Below, piece after piece: positions 10,962 through 18,315 of a stretch of DNA of 64,000 nt. Position 1 is the first letter of the stretch. Each line of letters opens with the position of its first letter. The position numbers and the translations under genes are program-made. The stretch comes from Alphaproteobacteria bacterium (GTDB lineage: Bacteria; Pseudomonadota; Alphaproteobacteria; UBA828): NCBI GenBank assembly GCA_963667785.2, contig CAXXMU010000005.1, positions 160,001 through 224,000 of the forward strand, given 5' to 3'. The notes beneath the pieces were generated by a model, which did not search any database, was not told the DNA's origin, and was given only the letters and a program-made list of their open reading frames with translations.

Positions 10962-12020
10962 ATGGCTGACACCACCGTGGCCGGCGGAGCGGGTCTGCTC
11001 GAACGGCTGGCCCGGGGGCCGGTGATCTGCGCCGAGGGCTACCTCTTCGAGATCGAGCGGCGCGGCTACCTCAGCGCCGGCGCCTACGTGCCGGAGGCGG
11101 TGCTCGAGCACCCCGACGCGGTGGCCCGGCTGCACCGGGACTTCCTGCATGCGGGCTCGGAGGTGATGCTGGCCTTCACCTACTACGCCCACCGCGAGAA
11201 GCTCCGGCTGATCGGCAGGGAAGGCGCACTCGAGGAGCTGAACCGCACAGCGCTCCGGCTCGCGCGGGAGGCGGCCCTGGAAAGCGACGCGCTGGTGGCC
11301 GGCAACGTCTGCAACTCCAACATCTTCGTCGACGGCGACGCGGAGTCCGCCCGCACCGTACGCGCCATGTTCGACGAGCAGGTGGGTTGGGCGGTCGACG
11401 AGGGCGTGGACTTCATCGTCGCCGAGACCATCTCCTACTGCAGCGAGGCCCTTCTCGCGCTCGAGGCGATCAAGGCAGCCGGGCTGCCTGCGGTGATCAA
11501 TCTCGCCATCCACCGCGAGCCCGAGACCCGCGACGGCCTGACCCCGGCCGAGGCGGCCAAGCGGCTCGAGGACGCGGGTGCCGATGTCGTGGGGCTCAAC
11601 TGCACGCGCGGACCGGCCTCCATGCTGCCGCTCTTGGGCCCGATCCGCGAGGCGGTGGGCTGCCACGTCGCGGCGCTGCCCGTGGCCTACCGCACCAGCG
11701 CGGCCGAGCCCACTTTCCAGTCGCTGAGCGATCCGGGCTGCGGCTGCCTGCCGGAGGGGCGGCCCTTCCCCACCGCGCTCGACCCCTTCACGGTCAACCG
11801 CTACGAGATCGAGGAGTTCACCCGGGAGGCGCAGGCGCTCGGCGTCGGCTATCTCGGGGTCTGCTGCGGCGCAGGCCCGCACCACATCCGCGCCGTGGCG
11901 GAGGCGCTCGGCCGCCGGCCGCCGGCGAGCCGCTACTCGCCCGACATGTCCCAGCACGCCTTCTACGGCACGTCCGACCAGATTCCCGCTGGCTACAAGG
12001 CGTACAAGGGTAACCTCTAG
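10962..12020 (+). CDS. homocysteine S-methyltransferase family (BHMT-like), paralog 1
   Basis: EGYLFEIERRGY, AFTYYAH, Zn ligands GLNC and GVCCG. Confidence 0.9.
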   Translation: MADTTVAGGAGLLERLARGPVICAEGYLFEIERRGYLSAGAYVPEAVLEHPDAVARLHRDFLHAGSEVMLAFTYYAHREKLRLIGREGALEELNRTALRLAREAALESDALVAGNVCNSNIFVDGDAESARTVRAMFDEQVGWAVDEGVDFIVAETISYCSEALLALEAIKAAGLPAVINLAIHREPETRDGLTPAEAAKRLEDAGADVVGLNCTRGPASMLPLLGPIREAVGCHVAALPVAYRTSAAEPTFQSLSDPGCGCLPEGRPFPTALDPFTVNRYEIEEFTREAQALGVGYLGVCCGAGPHHIRAVAEALGRRPPASRYSPDMSQHAFYGTSDQIPAGYKAYKGNL

Positions 12021-12084
12021 CGCAGGCCGCCGCCGCCGGGCGGCGTCCACCGGCACGCGCGCCGGAACCACGGAGGATGCGCGC

Positions 12085-13143
12085 ATGACCGATACCGCAG
12101 CGTCTGGCAAGGCAGGCCTGCTGGAGTGGCTCGGGGCCGGGCCGGTGATCTGCGCCGAGGGCTACCTGTTCGCGCTCGAGAGCCGCGGCTACCTCACCGC
12201 CGGCCCCTACGTGCCCGAGGCGGTACTTGAGCACCCGGAGGCGGTGATCCAGCTGCACCGCGAGTTCCTGCGCGCCGGCTCCGACGTGGTGCTGGCCTTC
12301 ACCTACTACGCCCACCGCGAGAAGCTCCGGCTGATCGGCCGCGAGGACGACCTCGAGGAGATGAACCGCACCGCGCTCAGGCTCGCGCGGGAGGTGGCGG
12401 CCGAAGGGAACGCGCTTGTCGCTGGCAACGTGAGCAACTCCAACATCTTCGTCGACGGCGATGCGGCCTCCGCCCGCACCGTGCGCGCCATGTTCGACGA
12501 GCAGGTGGGCTGGGCGGTCGACGAGGGCGTGGACTACATCGTCGCCGAGACCATCGGTCACGCGAACGAGGCCCTGCTCGCGCTCGAGGCTATCAAGGCG
12601 GCCGGGCTGCCGGCGGTAATCACCCTCGCCATCTTCCGCGAGCCCGCGACGCGCGAGGGCCTGAGCCCGGCCGAGGCGGCCAGGCGGCTCGAAGACGCGG
12701 GCGCCGATGTCGTGGGGCTCAACTGCGTTCGCGGACCTGCCTCCATGCTGCCGCTGCTGGGCCCGATCCGCGAGGCGGTGGACTGCCACGTGGCGGCGCT
12801 GCCGGTCGCCTACCGCACCGGCGGGGACGACCCGACCTTCCTCTCGCTGAAGGATCCCGACTGCGCCTGCCTGCCGGAGGGGCGGCCCTTCCCCACCGCG
12901 CTCGACCCCTTCGCCTGCAACCGCTACGAGATCGCGGAATTCGCGAGAGACGCATACGCGCTCGGCGTCAACTATCTGGGCGTCTGCTGCGGGGCGGCGC
13001 CGCACCACATCCGCAGCATGGCGGAGGCGCTCGGCCGCCGGCCGCCGGCGAGCAGGTACTCGCCCGACATGTCGCGGCACGCCTACTTCGGCACCGTCGA
13101 CGAGATCCCGGCTGCGAACAAGGCGATCGCGGACTCGCTTTAG
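12085..13143 (+). CDS. homocysteine S-methyltransferase family (BHMT-like), paralog 2
   Basis: Same length (352 aa) and motifs as the upstream paralog; GLNC, GVCCG. Confidence 0.9.
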   Translation: MTDTAASGKAGLLEWLGAGPVICAEGYLFALESRGYLTAGPYVPEAVLEHPEAVIQLHREFLRAGSDVVLAFTYYAHREKLRLIGREDDLEEMNRTALRLAREVAAEGNALVAGNVSNSNIFVDGDAASARTVRAMFDEQVGWAVDEGVDYIVAETIGHANEALLALEAIKAAGLPAVITLAIFREPATREGLSPAEAARRLEDAGADVVGLNCVRGPASMLPLLGPIREAVDCHVAALPVAYRTGGDDPTFLSLKDPDCACLPEGRPFPTALDPFACNRYEIAEFARDAYALGVNYLGVCCGAAPHHIRSMAEALGRRPPASRYSPDMSRHAYFGTVDEIPAANKAIADSL

Positions 13144-13145
13144 AC

Positions 13146-13256
13146 CTTTGTCGCTCACGGCAGCCGGCCTGTGGCCGGCGCCTGCGCGGGCGCGCCGCAT
13201 AAGCGGCGGGCCGCAGTCGCGGCCTGTCGCGTATCCGTCAGGAACGGATACGCTCA
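13146..13256 (+). repeat. structured intergenic repeat, copy 2 (5'-truncated, internally shortened)
   Basis: ctttgtcgctcacggcagccggcc...gcgccgcataagcggcgggccgcagtcgcggcctgtcgcgtatccgtc..acggatacgctc matches copies 1 and 3; begins just after TAG 13141-13143. Confidence 0.9.
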
Positions 13257-13284
13257 GGGACGGCGGGGAGAGAACGGCCCGGCG

Positions 13285-14895
13285 TCAGGCGCCGACGCCG
13301 CCGTAGGCGACGCCCGAGAGGCGCGCCATGTCCTCCTTCCAGGTCACGAGGTCGTCGCGGCAGAGCCCGCTCAGGTGAGAATGGCCGCAGGCGCGCGCCA
13401 TGATCTTCATCAGCTCGACGCTCGCCTCGAAGAAGTTGGCGAGCCGGCGCGCCGACTTCTCCACCTCGATGCGCGCGGTCAGATGCGGCTTCTGCGTCGC
13501 GATGCCGACCGGGCAGTTGTTGGTGTGGCAGGCGCGCATGCCGAGGCAGCCGATCGCCTGGATTGCCGCGTTGGAGACGGCCACCGCGTCCGCGCCGAGC
13601 GCCAGCGCCTTGGCGAAATCGGCCGGCTTGCGCAGTCCGCCGGTGATCACCAGCGTCACGTCCCCGCGCTCCGACGCGTCGAGATGGCGCCGCGCGCGCG
13701 CCAGTGCCGGAATGGTCGGCACCGAGATGTTGTCGCGGAAGATGAGCGGCGCCGCCCCGGTGCCGCCGCCGCGGCCATCCAGGATGATGTAGTCGACCCC
13801 CACCTCGAGGGCGGCGTCGATGTCCTTCTCGACGTGCTGGGCCGAGAGCTTGTAGCCGATGGGGATGCCGCCGGTATGGCTGCGGACCTCGTCGGCGAAG
13901 TCCCGCACCTGGCGCCAGTCGGACCAGTCGGGGAAGCGCGGCGGCGAGACCGCGGGCGAGCCTTCGGGCAGGCCGCGCACCTCGGCGATCTTGCCCTTCA
14001 CCTTCTCGCCCGGCAGGTGCCCGCCGGTGCCGGTCTTCGCCCCCTGCCCGCCCTTGAAGTGGAAGGCCTGCACGTTCTCGAGCTTGTCCCAGGAAAAGCC
14101 GAAGCGGCCCGAGGCGTACTCGTAGAAATAGCGGCTGCAGGCCTGCTGCTCCTCCGGCAGCATGCCGCCCTCTCCCGAGCAGATGCCGGTGCCGGAAAGC
14201 TCCGCGCCCCGCGCGAGCGAGACCTTGGCGGGCTCCGACAGCGCGCCGAAGCTCATGTCCGAGACCAGCAGCGGGATGCTGAGCGTGAGCGGCTTCTGCG
14301 CATTGGGGCCGATCACCACCTCGGAGCCCACGGGCTCGTCGTCGAGATGCGGCATGCGGTGGAGCTGCGCGGTGACGAACTGGATGTCGTCCCAGCTCGG
14401 CAGGTCCTGGCGCGGCACGCCCATGGCGACGACGACGCCGTGATGGCCGGTCTTCGTCAGTCCGTCCCTGGCGTAGCCCTGGATGAGCCCGACATGGGGC
14501 TCCTCGGGCGCAGGGTGCGTGTCGGCGTAGAGGCCGAGATACTCGTCGCGCCTGAAGGGCTGCGGGTGATCCTTCTCCCAGGCGCCGATCTCGTCCGCAT
14601 CGACCAGCACCTCGCCGTCCTCGATCCACGAGGTGAACTTGGGCAGGATCTCCTCGTTGTTGTACTCGCTGACGCCGGTATCGAGGCGGTAGTCCCAGTA
14701 GTGCACGCCGCAGATCAGGTTCTCGCCGTCGACGTAGCCGTCGGCCATGAGCGCGCCGCGATGCAGGCAGCGGCCGTAGAAGACCGAGACCCGGTCGTCG
14801 TAGCGCACGACGCAGAGATCGACCTCGCCGACCAGGGCGTAGGCCGGCTTGCGGTCCTCCAGCTCGTCGAGCGACTTGATCGATATCCTGTTCAT
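13285..14895 (-). CDS. Rieske [2Fe-2S] domain fused to FMN-binding glutamate-synthase-like domain
   Basis: Rieske CLH...CGVH; SDMSFGALS, GEGG, KGGQGAKTGTGGHLPG, DGRGGGTGAAP, CLGMRACHTNNCPVGIATQ ([3Fe-4S]); start MNRISIK at 14895. Confidence 0.88.
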   Translation of the reverse strand: MNRISIKSLDELEDRKPAYALVGEVDLCVVRYDDRVSVFYGRCLHRGALMADGYVDGENLICGVHYWDYRLDTGVSEYNNEEILPKFTSWIEDGEVLVDADEIGAWEKDHPQPFRRDEYLGLYADTHPAPEEPHVGLIQGYARDGLTKTGHHGVVVAMGVPRQDLPSWDDIQFVTAQLHRMPHLDDEPVGSEVVIGPNAQKPLTLSIPLLVSDMSFGALSEPAKVSLARGAELSGTGICSGEGGMLPEEQQACSRYFYEYASGRFGFSWDKLENVQAFHFKGGQGAKTGTGGHLPGEKVKGKIAEVRGLPEGSPAVSPPRFPDWSDWRQVRDFADEVRSHTGGIPIGYKLSAQHVEKDIDAALEVGVDYIILDGRGGGTGAAPLIFRDNISVPTIPALARARRHLDASERGDVTLVITGGLRKPADFAKALALGADAVAVSNAAIQAIGCLGMRACHTNNCPVGIATQKPHLTARIEVEKSARRLANFFEASVELMKIMARACGHSHLSGLCRDDLVTWKEDMARLSGVAYGGVGA

Positions 14896-14959
14896 GGGCC
14901 CCAGCCTTCCGCCGCCGCGCGCGCCCGGCGCGGCGTCCTCTCGATGGTCACGCGCCCCC

Positions 14960-15199
14960 TCACTCGTCTGCGTCGGCCAAGGATATTCCGCGTCTGCGCA
15001 GCAGGCGCTTGGCTTGCCTGGAGACGGTGTGGGCGACACCCAGCAGAGCGAAGGCGCCCATGACGCCCGCGAAGATGCCGAAGCCGGAGATGAGCGTGCC
15101 GCGAATCTGCTGCTGCACCTCCAGATAGACCCACCAGGAGGCGTAGCCGAGGCCGGCGGTCACGATCGCGCCGACAACGATCCAGGCGAAGTTGCGCAT
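14960..15199 (-). CDS. small membrane protein (2 predicted TM helices)
   Basis: Two hydrophobic stretches; starts 3 bp after the upstream stop. Confidence 0.65.
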   Translation of the reverse strand: MRNFAWIVVGAIVTAGLGYASWWVYLEVQQQIRGTLISGFGIFAGVMGAFALLGVAHTVSRQAKRLLRRRGISLADADE

Positions 15200-15202
15200 C
15201 GC

Positions 15203-15991
15203 TCAGAGCACCTTGGCCTTGTCGATGTCGACCTTGAAGACCAGGAGGTCGTCGAGGCGCTCGACCTCGCCTTCGAGCTGGATAAGGACCGCCACGTAGT
15301 CGCCGAAGTGGTCCGGGAGCGGCCCACCCGTCTCGTCGGCCATCAGCAGGAAGGTCTCGCCGGCGACCGCGCCTTCCTCTTGCGTCACGAAGATCGGCGG
15401 CGCGCCGGAGGAGATGCAGAGGTTGGCGCAAGCCTTGTGCGCGAGCCCGTCGCCAGGCCGCATGGCGCCCAGATGGCACTTGCTGTCGCAGATCTCGCCG
15501 ATGAGGCGCCAGCGGCCGAGGGGTTCGGACGGGGCCGGGGTGAATGTCGGCGGCGGCTCGCCTTCGCCCGCCTCTACCGCCTGCAGGGACTTCTTGCCCT
15601 GGACCTGCAGCATGTCGATGTCGCCGCGCTGGAACATGAAACCCTTCACGTCCACAAGCTGGCCGAAGAGCTTGCGGCCGCGGCGCTTGACGCTGCGCTT
15701 GCCGGGCACCGTGAGCATGACCGTGCGGGCTTCGGGATTCTTGGCGTCCGGGCGCACACGGAGGATCGGATAGGGCTTCTCCAGCAGGACCCCCGTCATC
15801 TCCTGCTTGCCGAGCTTGCGCGCGAACGTACCGTCGCCGGGATCGTTCGCGTTGGTGCCTAGCGCGAAGGCCAATCCCGCCATGCCGCCCACGAGCGCCG
15901 CGGCGACCACCACCAGGAAGATCGCGAGCGGACGCGGCACGGTGTTCAGGTAGCCGACGAAGAAGCCGGGGTCGCGCGCGCGGCCTGCCAT
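15203..15991 (-). CDS. membrane-anchored hypothetical protein with Cys/His cluster
   Basis: FFVGY then one TM helix; GEICDSKCHLGAMRPGDGLAHKACANLCISSG; start ATG 15991, 1 bp after the upstream stop. Confidence 0.8.
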   Translation of the reverse strand: MAGRARDPGFFVGYLNTVPRPLAIFLVVVAAALVGGMAGLAFALGTNANDPGDGTFARKLGKQEMTGVLLEKPYPILRVRPDAKNPEARTVMLTVPGKRSVKRRGRKLFGQLVDVKGFMFQRGDIDMLQVQGKKSLQAVEAGEGEPPPTFTPAPSEPLGRWRLIGEICDSKCHLGAMRPGDGLAHKACANLCISSGAPPIFVTQEEGAVAGETFLLMADETGGPLPDHFGDYVAVLIQLEGEVERLDDLLVFKVDIDKAKVL

Positions 15992-15992
15992 G

Positions 15993-17075
15993 CTATGCCT
16001 CCGTCTCACTCGTTGGCGTGACGCGCACCGGCTCGACATGGGTACCGGGCTCGTTGGGCCGGGGGTCGAGCAGGATCCGCCTGCCGTCGAGCCTGAGACG
16101 GTAGGTGGCGGCCTTCTCGGTGAAGGGGGGCGGCGAGCAGCCGTCGCTGGGCCGGTACTGGAAGCCGTGCCACGGGCAGGTCACGTAGCCGTCCACGATG
16201 CGCCCTTCGCCGAGCGGGCCGTTCTGGTGGGCGCAGACGTTGGCGAGCGCCGACAGCCTGTCGCCGTAGCGAAAGACCGCGACGCGCTCGCCGTCCTCCA
16301 GCGCCACCACGATGCCGCGCCCGTCGGCGATATCGTCCACCTGGCCGGCCAAGACCCAGGGCGACTCAGCGGTGCTCTCGGACGCGCTCTCGGCGGTGTT
16401 GCGGTCCTTCTGCCGCTCGATGCGCCCGGCGATCAGGTGCAGGCCGGTGACCGCGATCACGCTGAGGCCCACGACGGCGGCCAGCAGCGGGCTTTGCTTC
16501 GACTGCAGCGAGCCGAGCACGATGTGGCAGACGATCGCCGCATAGGCGACATAGATCGAGATGTGGATCGCCTTCCAGATCGGCGGCGTCAGGAACCTGA
16601 GCCAGAAGTCGTGACTCGTCGCCGCCAGCACCAGCAGCAGGAAGAGCGCGAAGATGCCGAAGGTCTCGAAAGGGAACCCGAGGAACCGGTCGTAGCTCGT
16701 GTTGCTCGCCAGCACGGCCACGTACTTGTTCAGCGGGCTGAACGAGAAGTAGATGCTAACGATGGTGCTCGCGTGGGTGAAGGCGACCGCGCAGGTGATC
16801 ACGCCGAAGTGGCGGCGGTTGTAGAGGAGGGGCAGGAAGCGCGTATCCAGCCGTGCGAGCGGCCCTATGCAGAGAATGAACGTGAGCATCAGGAAGGCGC
16901 AGGTGCCGAAGGCCTGCGCCCGAAGAATTGCGCCGCTGGTCGGTCTGGTGACGTCCTGAAAGCCCGGCGCGATCTTGATGTAGAGAAGGATGTAGGCGAC
17001 GACGGCGGCCAGCAGCACCACGTCGTAGAAGATCTTGTTACGGTTCCAGCCGACCGGCGCGTAGCGCACGCTCAT
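15993..17075 (-). CDS. ferric-reductase-like (MsrQ-type) transmembrane cytochrome b fused to C-terminal Rieske domain
   Basis: RRHFGV..H, TSHD..WKAIH..Y..H heme-ligand pattern; Rieske CAHQNGPLGEG...CPWHG. Confidence 0.88.
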   Translation of the reverse strand: MSVRYAPVGWNRNKIFYDVVLLAAVVAYILLYIKIAPGFQDVTRPTSGAILRAQAFGTCAFLMLTFILCIGPLARLDTRFLPLLYNRRHFGVITCAVAFTHASTIVSIYFSFSPLNKYVAVLASNTSYDRFLGFPFETFGIFALFLLLVLAATSHDFWLRFLTPPIWKAIHISIYVAYAAIVCHIVLGSLQSKQSPLLAAVVGLSVIAVTGLHLIAGRIERQKDRNTAESASESTAESPWVLAGQVDDIADGRGIVVALEDGERVAVFRYGDRLSALANVCAHQNGPLGEGRIVDGYVTCPWHGFQYRPSDGCSPPPFTEKAATYRLRLDGRRILLDPRPNEPGTHVEPVRVTPTSETEA

Positions 17076-17091
17076 CGTCCGCACGCCCCCC

Positions 17092-17271
17092 TCACGGCTC
17101 GGTCCCCTCGGCGGATGCCCCGGCTCCGGTCGCGGGCTCCTCGAGCTGGACGGCGGGCTTCTCCGTCGGCCCGTGCTGGCGAATGGCGAGCGCCGCGATC
17201 AGCATGGCGGGCAGGAAGATCGCGAGCGCCTTCCACATGTAGGCGTGGGCGGCGCGGTGCCGACGCAGCAT
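17092..17271 (-). CDS. small single-TM protein, 59 aa (absent from the ORF track)
   Basis: Manual translation MLRRHRAAHAYMWKALAIFLPAMLIAALAIRQHGPTEKPAVQLEEPATGAGASAEGTEP*; fills the operon gap. Confidence 0.65.
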   Translation of the reverse strand: MLRRHRAAHAYMWKALAIFLPAMLIAALAIRQHGPTEKPAVQLEEPATGAGASAEGTEP

Positions 17272-17281
17272 GAGGGTGCCC

Positions 17282-17494
17282 TCAGCCCCGTTGCCGCTCG
17301 GCTTCGACCCAGCGCCAGATGACCAGCGGCCAGAGCACGATGCAGCCGGGGATCAGGAGCGGGCGGAAGGCGTAAACACGCCGCGCACGGACATCCACCC
17401 GCTCGATGCCATAGAGCAGGAAGGCGGCGGCGACGGCGAGGCCGACATAGCCGTAATACTGCAGGACCTCGATGACGATGCGTGCCGCGTCCAC
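17282..17494 (-). CDS. small membrane protein, 70 aa
   Basis: YGYVGLAVAAAFLLYGIERVD...YAFRPLLIPGCIVLWP; purine-rich RBS before GTG. Confidence 0.7.
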   Translation of the reverse strand: MDAARIVIEVLQYYGYVGLAVAAAFLLYGIERVDVRARRVYAFRPLLIPGCIVLWPLVIWRWVEAERQRG

Positions 17495-17594
17495 GCTCGA
17501 CCCCCCTGAAGAGCGGCGCCGCCGCCGGCCCCCGTCGGAGACCGCGTCCCCGCGTCGGACAGCCGCCCTCGGCGCGGCTGAACGATACGGACGA

Positions 17595-17610
17595 TCAGCG
17601 CGCGTGCCAA
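17595..17610 (-). promoter_or_regulatory. possible sigma-54 (-24/-12) promoter for the Rieske operon
   Basis: Minus strand TTGGCACG-CGCG-CTGA: good -24 element, non-canonical -12 (GA instead of GC). Confidence 0.25.
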
Positions 17611-17730
17611 GCCCTGCGCGCGATCAACTATGCGCGAACGGCATGTCAGAAGCGTTGGAATTCCAGTGATGTCCTCCCCGCCGGCGTGCCGGGAGGCGGT
17701 GCCCTGCCGCGTCCGCCCGGGCGCGGCACG

Positions 17731-18069
17731 TCAGGACGCGAAGGACTCGAGCGCGGCGGCCCTGCTCGGATGGACCTTGATGAGCACGTCCACACCGCCC
17801 CCGGCGAAGGCCGCGGCGACGACGCCTTGCGGCGAGCAGACGGCCACGGCGGCGCCACGATCGCGCAGGACCCTGGCGGTGATCCGGAGAGCGCGCAAAC
17901 CCGTGTTGCCGATATAGGCGAGCTCCTCGAAATCCAGGATCACGGCACGGTCGCCGTTCCGGAGCGACCCGGTGATCGCCTTCTCGAGCGCCCCGGCGTC
18001 GCGCGCCTCGATCCGCCCGCTCACGCGCGCGACCAGCACGCCCTCGTGCCGTTCGTTCGTCACTTGCAT
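17731..18069 (-). CDS. STAS-domain anti-sigma-factor antagonist
   Basis: VSGRIE, VILDFEELAYIGNTGLRAL (compare the DxSGL motif). Confidence 0.8.
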   Translation of the reverse strand: MQVTNERHEGVLVARVSGRIEARDAGALEKAITGSLRNGDRAVILDFEELAYIGNTGLRALRITARVLRDRGAAVAVCSPQGVVAAAFAGGGVDVLIKVHPSRAAALESFAS

Positions 18070-18315
18070 CGCGGTCCCCTCCCTGAAGGCGGCGCGCGCC
18101 TATAACACGGGCGAGCGCATGCCTGCCAGTACCGTCAGAGCCGAACAGGCCAGCAGGCCGGCGGACCGGCCCATGCCACCCGCGGGTGATGGACCATGCG
18201 TGAGCGGCATAACGGAAAGACTGGATTTCCGGCAGCGCCGGCCCCATTATCTTATCGAGCGGCGGCCGTCCGAGCGCGACAGCACGCCCGGGGCCCGACC
18301 GCAGAGGGCTGGGAG

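Noticed and set aside
16366-16400. Short TAES/SES repeat in the cytochrome b-Rieske linker
   Set aside because: Ordinary low-complexity linker.
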